64,000 nucleotides of DNA from Eledone cirrhosa (GCA_964016885.1 OZ024742.1:192448001-192512000); one strand, 5' to 3'; positions 15,005 to 28,281 are shown, numbered from the stretch's first letter. The notes: generated by a model not told the origin, from the letters alone. Numbers and translations are program-made.

Positions 15005-15278
15005 ATTGAAAAAGTGGAGAATAACATGGTCAACAGTACAAAAAAGGGGATTTATTTTACAGTCTAAAAATTGTTTCACTGATAGAGTTCTCTAAAAATT
15101 GCTGAACACTGAACAGTTTCCGATGGTCTAATAGAGTTAACATCGTATTTAAAATTGAGGGGCATTGCTTTTAGTGTTCAGCAATTTTTGGACAACTCTA
15201 TCAGTGAAACAATTGTTAGACTGCAAATAAATCCCCTTTTTTGTACTGTTGACCATGTTATTCTCCACTTTTTTCAAT
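15005..15278. repeat. Fold-back element, arms 15005-15110 / 15173-15278
   Basis: ~105-bp arms are reverse complements with a few mismatches; GAAACAATTGTT at 15206. Confidence 0.9.
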
Positions 15279-15399
15279 ATTATATAAATATATATATATA
15301 TATATATGCAATATTATATATATATATATATATATTTTAATCGATCGACTTTCGTCGAATCGGACCGAGGAAACAATGTTTTCGTCGGTCTTTCCAGTT

Positions 15400-15556
15400 G
15401 CTAATACTATCTATCGGTCGCAACTCCAGGTAGAAGGAGCAACGTGAAATAAAGTGTCTTGCTCAAGGACATAACGCATCGCCCGGTCCAGGAATCGAAC
15501 TCACAATCTCAAGATTGTGAATCCAATTCTCTAACCACTCAGCCACACGCCTTCAC
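15400..15556 (-). mobile_element. SINE family B-like head
   Basis: Reverse complement of GGCGTGTGGCTGAGTGGTTAGAG...GTTCGATTCCTGGACCGGGC...TTGAGCAAGACAC. Confidence 0.65.
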
Positions 15557-15579
15557 TATATATATATATATATAAATAT

Positions 15580-15759
15580 AAAATATGGACGAAGACATGA
15601 AATGAATGAATACAGACTGTCCAACTCATCAGTTGCCCTCTAGAGTTTCGTTGTTTTAATGCTTTTCATCTTAAAGCATTGAAACAACGTATCTCTAGAG
15701 GTCGACTGATGAGTTGTATTGTCTGTATTCATTCATTTACATGTCTTCGCCTATATTTT
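15580..15759. repeat. Fold-back palindrome with ~85-bp arms
   Basis: GACGAAGACATG...CTCATCAG...GTTTCGTTG / CAAC...CTCTAGAGGTCGACTGATGAG...CATGTCTTCG. Confidence 0.9.
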
Positions 15760-15969
15760 CATATATTCGTATATTTTTAGTTATGAGAGACACTTTTTTT
15801 CAAATATATATATATGTGTGTGTGTGTGTGTGTTTATATGTATATATATATATATATATTCATATGTATATATATATATATTCATATATATATATATATA
15901 TGTATGTATATGAATATATATATGAATATATATATATATATATGTATGTATATATATTTAAATGTATAT

Positions 15970-16011
<42 letters not shown>

Positions 16012-16042
16012 ATGTATATATATGTGTGTATATATGTATATA

Positions 16043-16109
<67 letters not shown>

Positions 16110-16145
16110 GTTTATATATACATATATATATATATATATATTTAT

Positions 16146-16214
<69 letters not shown>

Positions 16215-16654
16215 CAAGATCAGTATATACTAAATCATGTGGTTTGTATTTTAATTCTGGTCTTGTTGTATTTACTATTTCTTAAATCAAACCATTACCA
16301 TTCCCAAGCTCTTTTATTCACAATTAAACTTGCACTAAAAGTAGATGCTTCCGGTGTTCTTTCGATCAACAATGCGGTATTATTTATTGTCGAAATTCTC
16401 CTATCTCAGCAAGCCATATTATAAATGGTAACCGATGCGTTATTATATCTCTGCTTTGTTCTTGATCACAGTAAGAGAAGCCGAGAGAAATATATTTGAG
16501 ATTTAAGGCTTGAGATTTTAAGTTGAAAATGGCGTAAAATTCGTGATCTTAACATTGATGAATATATAACTAACTCGTTTTTGTAAAACACCGGAAACTA
16601 TTTTATGATCGATTATAACACACGCATACATATGTACGTCCATACATCACGTGA

Positions 16655-16704
<50 letters not shown>

Positions 16705-18384
16705 TTATCATCATCACAGTAAACGATGATGATGATGATACACACACACATATTTGTGTGTGTGTGTGTGTGTGAGTGAGTGTATGTATAACTAGTGAAA
16801 TCGAGGTTAACCCCAGTAAATAAGGTACGCAATAGACTGAGAACAAGGGAAATTTAATATAGAAAAGGTTTCTACAAGACTATATTAAATATGAATGATT
16901 TTGTATATATATATATATACTGGATATATTAAGCTAATTTTTCTTGCTGTAAACCTGAGAAACGAAATAACCTCTAAAATTTGGCTTATTTTAGAAATCC
17001 AAGAGATTCTGAGTGGTTCACACAAACATAAAAGGACAGGTAAGCCCTTGAAGACTAATGACAGCAATGTCATTTTGTGTGTAACTAACAACAATATATT
17101 AATAGACACAGTGCCACATCTTGCTTTCTGTGTTGAACTAACAAAAGCAGGTATGTCACTAGACATATTACTGCTACAATTTTTTTGTTTTTTTTTTCAT
17201 TTATGTGTGTGTGTCACTAACAAAAACTTTAATGTACTTTTTTTTATATCAAATTTGACCCTTTTGTGTCATATTTCTAATGAAACATCATAGCCCATCT
17301 GTTTTAATTCATTTTGAAAATATTAAGATTTTTGGAGGAATTTAGTAATGCAGAATAAATTTAATATACATTAATGTTATGACACACTGTGCCGACGCAT
17401 CTCCCTTAGAATTACAATAAGGGTGGACGTGTCTGTGGAATACTCAGCCACTCACATTTTTTATCATCTGGTAAAATACACATTGTTTTTTTTTTATGTT
17501 GTTTTTCTTTGTTCTTTTTTGTTTGTTCTTTTTTTTTTTTTTTTTTTTGCTTAACTTACAAAATTAATCTAAATGATCTATTTTTTCTGAGCAATCGGTA
17601 CTTGATGGAGTAGGCAATAGGTCTGTCAAGGCGCCTGGCTTAGAGTTTAAAGTTTTCGGCTTAAGGTCGTAAGGTTGCGAGTTCGATACCCGGTGGTACG
17701 TTGTGTTCTTGAATAAGACATTTTAATTCACATAGCTTCTGTCCACTCAGCTGGCAAAAAATATATTGTACCTGCAATTCAAAGTTCCACTCTCGTCACA
17801 CACTGTGTGACGCTGAATCTTCCAGACATTTACGTTAACTTTGTATATAATATATTTCGTATCTAAACTATAATAAAGAAAGGAGTGCGGGACTGCATCC
17901 AGAATATATTTTTTTTATCCCGTTTGTAAAATAAGTTGGATTACTTTGAATAAATAGTGAATGAATATTACATAATTTATCTGCTAAATTTCGTGGCTGT
18001 TCATTAACTATATTTTATTACTTATTTAAAGATTCACTTCTTTAAAATTCTCAAATGTCAACACTTCCGGTTAGCGATCGCTTAAATAAACATTGATATA
18101 TTTCCGTCACTAATTTTCTCCTAATGCAGTTTATATATAATATCGTCTTTTTTTAATGTATCATGGATTACGTTGATGATTACAGAAGAGAGTGTAATGC
18201 AGTCTTCGTTCAATTTCTGTGTATATTGTCAAATACGGTTTTATTTGATATATACTTGCGTATAACATCAATATACACACTACACATGCTAGCAGAAAAC
18301 TACCCTTCGTGTGGTTTTTCTGCTCGTTTTTCTAATGATATAGAAAAGATCCAAATTCATACTGCCTGCATGTATCCAATACAT

Positions 18385-19930
18385 ACATGATGGCTGCCCC
18401 CTCGTTATCGAGTATGCCATCGCATAACATTGTTAATAATTATCAATTAATACTATCGTGCAATGCCTGTGCGTGAAGATTTTTTTAAGTGAGGAAAGAT
18501 TGTGCACTGAGCCAATCCCACTCTCTTAGCGACAGTAGCTATAACCCAAAAAGAAGAAAAGACAACATCATCGGTAACTACAGAGCAGCAGGTTTTATGT
18601 CAGAGTTATCCCAGTTAGCTGAGTTGCCTTCTCCTAGAAGAATGCGTTGAAAAATGCTAGGGGTCCTTCACTTCTAGTGGTTTAATGCGCGATCGGCTAT
18701 CCAGCCCGATTATTTCTATATTCCCGCGCATATACATACACATACATACATGTATATACATATATACATATTTACACATTTTTGGATAACCCTTTGTCAG
18801 GTTTTGTTTTTTGTCCTGCAGGTTGTACTGGGTTATATGTTACCAGTAGCGCTGAAGAGCGACCCGACATACATACATACATGGTGGTGGCTGCCAACTC
18901 GTTTTCGAGTACGGCCACTACTGTATATCCATGTAGGAGAACCCCTACCGATGCGCTGAACGAATGTGACTTTTTAGTTCAGCCAGCGACTTGAAAACTC
19001 TGGTACAAAGACTACACTTGTGACCATTATTGACACATAGTGCAGGGCCCATGGTACCATGTGATGACAAGTGCAGAGAGATCTCCAGATATAAAGCAAT
19101 GCCTGTGCTGTGAAGCTTTTATAGTGAGCAATTCTGCCTTGACAAAGGCTAAGGGGTCATCTCTCCCGGTGATTTTGGATGGCTATTGAGTCTTAAGAGC
19201 TCCCTTGCTCTTTGGCAGGTTTTGTTTTTAGTCCTGCAGGATGTCCAAAGTCACCCTCCTCACCAAGAAACCTTGGTGGGGTTGCCAGTTTAGTCGCCAA
19301 CGATCCGACCATACATATATACATACATACATACATACATACATACATACATACATACATACATACATACATACATGGCTGCCAACTCGTTTTCGAGTAC
19401 GGCCATACTTTATATCCATGTAGGAGAACTCCTACCGATGCGCTGAACGAGTGTGACTTTTTAGTCCAGCCAGCGACTTGAAAACTCTGGTACGAACACT
19501 ACACTTGTGACAATTATTGACACATAGTGCTACGCTCATGGTACCATGTGACGACAAGTGCAGAGAGATCTCCAGATATAAAGCAATGCCTGTGCCGTGA
19601 ATCTTTTATAGTGAGCAAAGGCACTGCACAAAGCCAGTCCCACTCTCTTAACCAAGATGATATTTACCAAAAAGAAGAACAAGTCAACATCATTGGATAC
19701 CATCAGGGTTGCAGGTGTTATATCAGAGTTTTCCTTCTCCTAGAATTCTGCCTTGACAAAGGCTAAGGGGTCATCTCTCCCGGTGATTTTGGATGGCCAT
19801 TGACTCTTAAGAGCTCCTTTGCCCTTTGACAGGTTTTGTTTTTAGTCCTGCAGGATGTCCAAAGTCACCCTCCTCACCAAGAAACCTTGGTGGGGTTGCC
19901 AGTTTAGTCGCCAAAGACCCGACCATGAGA
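18385..19930. mobile_element. Three related non-coding retroposon-like units separated by (CATA)n (about 18385-18730 diverged, 18889-19310, 19376-19925)
   Basis: GGCTGCCAACTCGTTTTCGAGTACGGCC... and GACAAAGGCTAAGGGGTCATCTCTCCC...GTCGCCAA blocks are repeated. Confidence 0.7.
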
Positions 19931-19980
19931 CAGGTTGTACTGGGATAGATGTTACATACATATATATATACATACATATA

Positions 19981-20586
19981 TGGAGGCACATGGCCTAGTG
20001 GTCAGAGTATTGGCGCCGCAATCGAAAGGTTGCGAGTTCAACTCTCAGACCGGGCGATGTGTTGCTTCCTTGAGCAAGACACTCCATTTCACATTGCTCC
20101 AGTTTACTCAGCTGTAGAAATGAGATGATAGGGACTGGAGTCCCTATCATTCCACTGCAAAGCTGTCGTGGAGGTGCCACGGCAAAAAATCACCCAGCAC
20201 TCACTGTAAATGAGGTTGGTGTTAGGAAGGGCATCCAGCTGCAGAAATCCAGCCAGAATCAGTTCCCGTCCCACCCTTGCAAGCAGCGAAAAGCGGACAT
20301 AAAATGATGATGATGATGATGATATATATACATACATATATTATACATACATATATATATACATATACATATATATATATATACATATATACATGCATAC
20401 ATATATCATCATCATCATGATTTCATTCTATGTCCGCCTTTTCCCCGCTTGCAAGGGTGGGACGGGAACTGATTCCGGCCCGATTTCTACAGCTGGATGC
20501 CCTTCCCAACACCAACCCCATCCACAGTGAGTGCCGGGTGCCCCCCTTGCCGTGGCACCTCCACGACCACCTTGCAGTGGAATGAT
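19981..20586. mobile_element. SINE (+, 19981-20320) with (ATG)n tail, facing an inverted copy of its 3' part (-, 20405-20586)
   Basis: ATCATTCCACTGCAA...GCGGACATAAAATGATGAT is mirrored by CATCATC...ATGTCCGC...TTGCAGTGGAATGAT. Confidence 0.75.
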
Positions 20587-21592
20587 ACATACATACATAC
20601 ATACATACATACATACATACATACATACATACATAGAGAGAGACATGCAGACAAACATTCTCATATAGACTTCGTTTTATACTTTGTATGTTGACAGTTT
20701 TTATCTCCTTTGCATTCTATTACCAGAATTAAGTATTTAAGATAATCATGTCTTTTTTTCTCTAATTAATTAGTAATGTTCTGTTCATTATATTGAGTAT
20801 ATTAACGCCCTTTGTATTATTGTTTTTTTTAAGTTTGTTTTTTCTTTCCTTTTCTTTATTTCACTGTAACGTTGCACTTGATTAATATTTGATCCACTAA
20901 TTTATGCTTATTTCGGCACTTTAATTCATAAAATAATATTTCGGCTACTAAAACTCTTATACATAATTCAGGAGAATAGAGGGTTTTTTTTCCATTAATA
21001 TGTTTTTAATTTCATTATCTTATATGAAGAAATTCATAATCATTCCTTTGCGATATATTTCGTAATTTTTGAGCCTATAATCCAATTTTTAATGTAACTG
21101 TATATATTAAATAAAGTTGTATGTTAAATTCATAATTCCCTTTTACAAAACTTTTTCACGATGTAATCTTTTATTTAGTTGATAGATTAATATATTTCAA
21201 ATATAATAAACCTTTTCCGTTTTTAATATATGTTCGTTTATTTATTTGGCATCCATGTTCGTTGCTTTTACGACCATTAAAATTCATATCAAACCAATTA
21301 TTAAAACTTTTATAACGATACAAAAAACATACCTGCCCCTTTTATGTCCCTACATCTGCATTGTAGTTCGTCTACATTCTCCGTTTTATAACTATTTATC
21401 TTGTTTTGTATTTTTGTTAATAATACCTTCATCGGGTTTGAGGGTCGTTGGTAACCTTTGATGGATCCTGCCAATTTGTTTTCCTTTAACATTTTGATAT
21501 TTATCATTGATTATTTTTGTTTGTTTCTCTCTCTCTCTCTCTCTCTTTGTATGTCGCTCATATATATGTGTGTGTGTGTGTGCGTGTGTATG

Positions 21593-21655
<63 letters not shown>

Positions 21656-21984
21656 GTGCGTGTGTTTGTGTTTATAACATTACTTCAGTTTCAATAAATG
21701 GTTTTAAATACAGTTCTTTGCCAAAGATATACAACTCTGAAATCAGATAAAAGTTCTAATACTATCAAACAGATAAAAATCAAACGAAACTATTAATGCA
21801 TAATATATTTGAGTATAGTACAATATTTTTGTCGTCAAATTTTTACACCAAAAATTATAGGTCTCATTAAACACATGTATTTTCTTGGAGACTGTGGTTT
21901 TCATGCCTTTTCAGTTATTTTAATATACCTGTCAGGCCTCCGTATTGTCTCACCTTTTCACTGTATCAGCAAATCATTATTATC

Positions 21985-22135
21985 CATTTACGTTCTGAGT
22001 TCAAATCCTGCTGCGTTTAGCTTTGTCTTTCATCCTTATGGGATCGATAAAATAAAGTACCAGTCACGCACTGGGGTAGATTTAATCGACTTACCTCCCC
22101 CTCAAATTTGTTAGCCTTGTGCCTAAATCAGAAAC
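21985..22135 (+). mobile_element. SINE family A, 5'-truncated; other copies at 8660-8800, 25212-25403, 46995-47112, 57945-58150 (+) and 42210-42393, 52674-52770, 52796-52980 (-)
   Basis: Shared core motif. Confidence 0.8.
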
Positions 22136-22366
22136 CCTTATTCTATCGCGTGATTTATATGATTTTTCTCAATGTCTTTTTGGTTAGCTATGCACAATAC
22201 CGTGGAAACTGGAGTACAACTGAAAGACACTATTTACACAATTTGGTTGACCATTAATATTTATTTGCTAAGGAAATGCGTCGGAGATGTTATCCAATAC
22301 TGAAATGTTCCTGTACAACAGGTGTTGTTCCAGTATAGCTCAAAAGTGCAGGGTTACATTATAGAC

Positions 22367-22647
22367 CAGAGGTTCTCAGAGTGGGCGCGACCCCACCCCA
22401 GGGGGGAGAAGCTTCAGAGGGGGCGATGGGGTATAGATGATATAATAGCATATTAAATATCAAATGATACATATATATAAATGTAGTAAAATTTAAAATA
22501 TATAATATTTAGTTTTAGATATCATATTATTTATTATGTTTTATTTATTATATATTATTTACAATTTGCGTATAGGCAGGTCTCTCTAGAAATAGGGTAG
22601 GGGTGCTGAGGGTATTACGTGGTGCCCTCAAAAGTTTGAGAACCTTG
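22367..22647. mobile_element. hAT/Charlie-like MITE
   Basis: Ends CAGAGGTTCTCA...TTGAGAACCTTG; flanks resemble an NTCTAGAN-type site. Confidence 0.65.
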
Positions 22648-22788
22648 TCTATAGTATAGACGAACTCGAAGAAAAAAATTGCATGTTAATCCATAAAAAA
22701 CTGAAATAAATCAAGGGTCACATTTATGCATGCAGGTGGCTTGTAGATTTGAATTTTTTAATGTTACACTATTCCGTTTGTTTTTCAG

Positions 22789-22940
22789 CCAAGAAGCAAG
22801 TGGATGGCCAAGACTTAAAGCTATCCAGCCGAGATGAAAAGAAACTCTCTAGGGAATGTCTGAAGGAAGATAAAATTTTGCCGCCCCGTGAATTAACCCT
22901 CACTAAAGGAACGCATGCACCACCTATGAACAAGCAGTCG
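22789..22940 (+). CDS. NOS1AP: NOS1AP-like internal exon (AKKQVDGQDLKLSSRDEKKLSRECLKEDKILPPRELTLTKGTHAPPMNKQS)
   Basis: TTTTTCAG acceptor, TCG|GTAAGG donor, phase 1->0, in frame with the next exon. Confidence 0.75.
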
Positions 22941-24104
22941 GTAAGGGATCATTTAAGACTATGTGTGTAAATTATGACAGAGAAACAGAGAGAAAGAGAG
23001 GAATCAGTCTCCATTTCCCCCTCTCTCTCTCTCTCTTGATATATATATATACATATATAATTATTAAGGCCAGTTACTACAACGGAGCCATACCAGATTC
23101 ATTCTCATCGGCACAATCTGAACAAGATGGGCTAACGAAACGTACGTACCTGGTATGGTACCTTAATAATTATATATATATATATATTCATCTCTCTTTC
23201 TCCCCTTCTCTCTCTCTCACTCTCTCTTTCTCTCCCCTCTCTCTCTCTCTATCTCTATATCTCCCTCTCTCTCTCTCACTCTCCCCTGCTCTCCCTATCT
23301 ACCTCTCTGCAATTCCTTGCAATCATAACCATTCCATGTTTTAAGATGCATTACCCAATTTATCCTTTTCTTTTTCCCAAGACGGTAAAGTATCATTGGT
23401 GGGAGATTCCCCTGTTACTTCATGCACATCAAGCAGTCATGTGTATGCCATTTAAGAAATTCTTTTCTTCATTCTCAAAGTCCACCAATTACATTGGTGC
23501 CAACTGAAAGAGAATGAGTACCAATTGCATAAAAAAAGAATTCTTATTTTTATATCAATACCTTATCACTAACAATGATAGTTTTCAACAATCAATTAAA
23601 TTGATAATTAATATATTGATTAATTCCCTATATCTCATTAAATGCTAAGTGTGACCAAGCTACCAACAATTAACAATTATAAGTACTCTCGGGTCCCAAA
23701 TAATAGGGGGATTAGAATAAGCGGAGGTGTTGAAAAATCGGTACTTTTTCTAGGTTGTCTATGTTGATTTTTTTAAACCTCCAGAATTAGTCATTTAGTT
23801 TACATATTGATACCCCAAACCATCCCGTACGTATTTAACGTACGGGATTTCTAGTAATGTACTTTTTTTGTCATGTATAATGTTTTTTTACTGTACGAAG
23901 AAAATTAATTGTCGGAGAAATTTTACTACTTGAACTAAAATTTTGCTGGAGATAGATGAGCAAAATTTAATAAGTGGGCGGTTGGAGGGTGGAAAAAATG
24001 GGTGGAGGTATATGAAAAGTTAATAATCATGATTGTCATTACCATTCCATTTATTTGTTGTTGTTTATTTTCTCTATTTATATATTTATATTTTTATTTT
24101 TCAG

Positions 24105-24512
24105 AATGCTGCCGTGTCAGTAGGAGGTAGCAACAGTAGCTTGGTGGTTGGCGGAGGGAACGTCGTCAGTGGTGGAAGTATTGGAGGTAGTAGTAGTTGC
24201 ATTAGTATAAGTGGTGGGGGAGTTACTAGCCGTGTTACCAATATCGGTGTCGTCCCTGGCAGTGTTGTCAGCATGGCGGGGAAAACATTGACAACAGCAG
24301 GAACGACGATTGTGTCACCAATCAGCTCACCTGTACTACTTGGTGACTATGGTCAGCTGGAAGCTCACATGCCCCTTAGTCGGCATCACCAAGTGCAACT
24401 GCTACGTCAGCAACTTGAACAACAGCAGCAGCAAACACAAGTCGCCATTGCTCAGGTTCATCTGCTGAAAGATCAGCTTTCCGCTGAGACAGCCGCTCGT
24501 ATTGAAGCACAG
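24105..24512 (+). CDS. NOS1AP: NOS1AP/CAPON-like exon, start of the conserved coiled coil
   Basis: [47 protein letters not shown] closely matches the vertebrate NOS1AP coiled coil as I recall it; TTTCAG acceptor, CAG|GTAAGA donor, 408 nt, phase 0. Confidence 0.93.
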
Positions 24513-24539
24513 GTAAGAAACAATTAAATTTATACGTGA

Positions 24540-24580
<41 letters not shown>

Positions 24581-24663
24581 ATATTTTTACAGCACACTTT
24601 ATTATTTTGTTCATATATACATACAATCAATCAATTCCGCCTCTACATATGTAATATATATAT

Positions 24664-25693
24664 AAATGGAAGATTAGTAAAATCGAAGCTTCGGCTGTAG
24701 CCAAGCCAACGGGATATAATGAGGATTTTTGTGCAGCCAAGCACTCAATGAGGAATCTCAGAGTAATAACATTCGTTAGACGGCATGACCAATTGAAAAC
24801 CGTGGCAGGTAAGCCCAGCCACGACACCAAAGCAACGAGAAAACCAACAGGTTAATAAAAGCAAACCCGGACTATCTCGGAGGCAGATTGTCGTTTCTCC
24901 GATGGGTTTCTATGAATCCAAAATCAACAATCCTACTTGCGCAAGTATGCAAGTTTTTGGTGTTTGAAGACCGAACTGGGGATTCATGTTATCAACAGGT
25001 TTCCGTTCTGCGCCTTGACCCGGTATGGTATGAAATAATAAGCCACTGTTGTTAGGAGTGGCTAATGCCTCAACTATCACGTGCTTTTTCCCAACAAGGG
25101 AAATAACCCCGGGTTTTTTGGCGGGCAAATTCAAAATGTGGACAAGGGAATTGTGTTCCCTGCACAAACCGAATAAGAAGCACTCGACCAGGGGTTATTA
25201 AACAAATATAGGGCGGTGAATTGGCAGTATCGGTAGAGGGTCGGACGCCATGCTTTGACGCATAGAATTACGGCCCTTGCCATTCTGAGTTCAAATCCCG
25301 TCGAGGTTAACTTTGCCTTTCATCCTAACGGAGGTCGATAAAATAAAGTACCAGTAATACACTGGGATAATTGCTGGCCTTGTGCCTATTGTAGAAACAG
25401 TTATTAAACAAATATAAATAATTAATCAATCAATGGAATTGTCTAATTAAATAAATAAATTAATTAATTATTAGGCCTAGGAGATTAATGCAAATGGAAG
25501 TTTAGTCTAATCAAAGCTTCGGCTGTATCCAAGCCAACAAGATACAATGAGAATGTGTGCAGCCAAGCACTCAATGAGGAATCTCAGGGTAATATCATTC
25601 GTTAGACGGCATGACAAATTGAAAACTGTGGCAGGTAAGCCCAGCCACGACACCGAAGCAACGAGAAAACCAACAAGTTAATAAAAGCAAACC
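24664..25693. mobile_element. Element bounded by ~200-bp direct repeats (24664-24867, 25492-25693), with a nested family-A SINE
   Basis: AAATGGAAG...GCACTCAATGAGGAATCTCAG...AATAAAAGCAAACC occurs twice; TA runs on both flanks. Confidence 0.7.
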
Positions 25694-25695
25694 TG

Positions 25696-25789
<94 letters not shown>

Positions 25790-26487
25790 CCCTTTCTATT
25801 CTCCATATATTTCATCATGTTTTTCGCTGTGACCTTTCTTCTCTCCCCTTCCACCTACCTATTTCGTCACTTTCTACTCTCACCCCTCTTTCTTCCCCTC
25901 CCTTTCTCCCTATCTACTCTTACTCCACTTTCTTCCTCTCCCTTTCTCCCTCTAACTTTCACCCCCTCGTCTGACCGTTTAGCCGTTCTCTTCTCACTTA
26001 CAACTGCGGCGATCGGACGTGAGTCGTGTTCCTCTCGACCACTCAGTCTTGAACTTAAGTTCTCTTATCGAGTGGTCTTGGATTTCCTACCTATAGTTGC
26101 TCGCACATTGCTCGGTTTGTTGTGTTTTATTTCGCTGTTTTGTTACTGTTTTCTCTATTCTTCCTCTTTGCTTTCCTTCCCTCCTTCTTTCGTTTTCCCA
26201 ATAACTTATCCAGTTATTGACGCCCTGGGATGAGGTATCTTGTCTTTAAAGCGTAGAAATATCCGAGAGCCCCAGTAGACAACTGATGAGGAAACCCCCC
26301 CCCCCCACCGTACTTGCTTTCTTCGTATTCTCACTGCTTTTTAAGTTACCTTAAATAGCAACTACACAGCCTCTATTCTCCATATATTTCATCATCATAT
26401 ATATATATATATAGTAGAGAGAGAGAGAGGGAGAATAAGGAAAATGCGAAGGTCGGTGTAGATGTTAAAATGTTCTTTATTAACAAA

Positions 26488-26568
26488 GTTGTGATACATA
26501 TTTCAATGACGATCGAGGCTACGTGATTGTTCAACCACATAACCTGTCACGCGATATCATCAGGCAGC
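26488..26568 (-). ncRNA. Degenerate type I hammerhead ribozyme motif (PLE end remnant)
   Basis: Minus strand: GCTGC CTGATGA [14-bp hairpin AGGTTATGTGGTTG-AA-CAATCACGTAGCCT within stem II] GAA ATA-TG-TAT C ACAAC; stem I is weak. Confidence 0.5.
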
Positions 26569-26891
26569 ATCTTTATATAATAAGGTTACGTTTCAGAGGC
26601 AATCCAATCTAAAGACAAGGGAACGGAGAGAGAAATAATGTTTTCATATATGACCATAATTTAACGTCAGATTTTCCATACTAGCAAGGGTGGGCGGTTC
26701 ACCATTATGTCTATTTAATTGGAGTTACGGACTGGGGTCTCACATTTGGCAGGCATAGCTGTGTTGTCAAGAAGGTCACTTCAGGTTCAATCTCACAATA
26801 TGTGCTATTATACAATTTGCCTTACGTCTAGTTGCCCAGAGCCTTGTTAGTGTTATTTCGTTGACGGATACAGTGCGGGAGCAAATCATAT

Positions 26892-26978
<87 letters not shown>

Positions 26979-27039
26979 TGTTTGAAACTGAAACCAATGA
27001 CGGAGAATTAGATTCAATTCTTTTTCTCTCTCATTTTAG

Positions 27040-27180
27040 GCTCGATCTCATCAGTTACTGCTTCACAATCGGGACCTACTTGATCACGTGGCCCAACTCA
27101 TTAGTCGGATGCAGGAGCTGGAAATGAAGATTGGCGGATTCACTGCCAGTTCTGAACAGATTTATCAAACAACGCTACAG
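27040..27180 (+). CDS. NOS1AP: NOS1AP-like exon, end of the coiled coil (ARSHQLLLHNRDLLDHVAQLISRMQELEMKIGGFTASSEQIYQTTLQ)
   Basis: Matches the NOS1AP continuation ARxHQLLLxNxDxLxHxxxLxxxxQELExK; TTTTAG acceptor, CAG|GTGAGT donor, 141 nt, phase 0. Missed by the ORF track. Confidence 0.92.
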
Positions 27181-27734
27181 GTGAGTCACACAAGCCGGAG
27201 TGTTAAACATTTGTTATCTTAATTCATTCTTAACCTGTAATAATTTAGCCAAATATTTTAAAACGGCACTGTTAATTCAAATGTTTATAGAAACTTTACT
27301 AGGGAACAGATCGGTGTGAAAATTTGCAGTATTATCTCTTACCATCATGTAATAATTTAGCAGAAAATATTTTAAAAAGTGAATTTTTAACTTGTTCATA
27401 GTATGTTCATTGTAATGTTCATTGTATCTTCATTCGTGGACAGATATTTTGACAATATGTGCAGTCATAGTGTTATTTTGCTACTGTAGATTTATATGAT
27501 ATAAGGTTTTAAGAATTAACTAGGCACGTACGTGTGGTTATGGAGTTCACATCAAATCCAATTAGATTCGACTTCACTATGATTACATGGCACCTTGCCA
27601 AGTACTGTTGCGACGGGTCATTAAATGCTATGTGTGCCTGCGCGTGTATATATATATATACATGTATATAAATATGTGTGTTTGTGTGTGTGTGTATATA
27701 TATATATATCACATAATATATATATATATATATA

Positions 27735-28009
27735 TATCACATAAGAAACGGAGAAGCAGTGGTGTGACGAATTAAAATTTATTAGACATATTACAATCGT
27801 TTCTCTTGCGACCAGCTCGAGGTACGATCTTTCGAAGCAGGGTTTCCAAAATGGAAACTCTACTTCGAAAGATTGAGACGTATCTAAGGATCTTGCGATT
27901 TCAGAGTCAGGTTCGATCGTGCCTCGAGCTGGTCGCCAGAGAAACGATTGTAATATGTCTAATGAATTTTAATTCGTTGCACCACTGATTCTCCGTTTCT
28001 TATGTGATA
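27735..28009. repeat. Fold-back element, arms 27735-27829 / 27915-28009, with a nested inner hairpin
   Basis: Arms are reverse complements; the spacer contains TCTTTCGAAG..GTTTCCA/TGGAAAC..CTTCGAAAGA; GAAACGATTGTA at 27941. Confidence 0.9.
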
Positions 28010-28184
28010 ATATACTCTGCTCTGTAAGAGCATCTAGTGCTCAAACGGCCTATCGCATACGGACGCTTTAAGCATCCCACACCAATTATATATATATATA
28101 TATATATATACGTATATATGCATGTATATATATATCTGTATATGTATGTATTTATATGTATATGTATATATATGTATTTATATG

Positions 28185-28215
<31 letters not shown>

Positions 28216-28228
28216 GTATATATATATG

Positions 28229-28281
<53 letters not shown>

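Noticed and set aside
17860-18100. Helitron-like 5' start (TCTAAACTATAATAAAG)
   Set aside because: No 3' hairpin/CTAG end or second copy was found.
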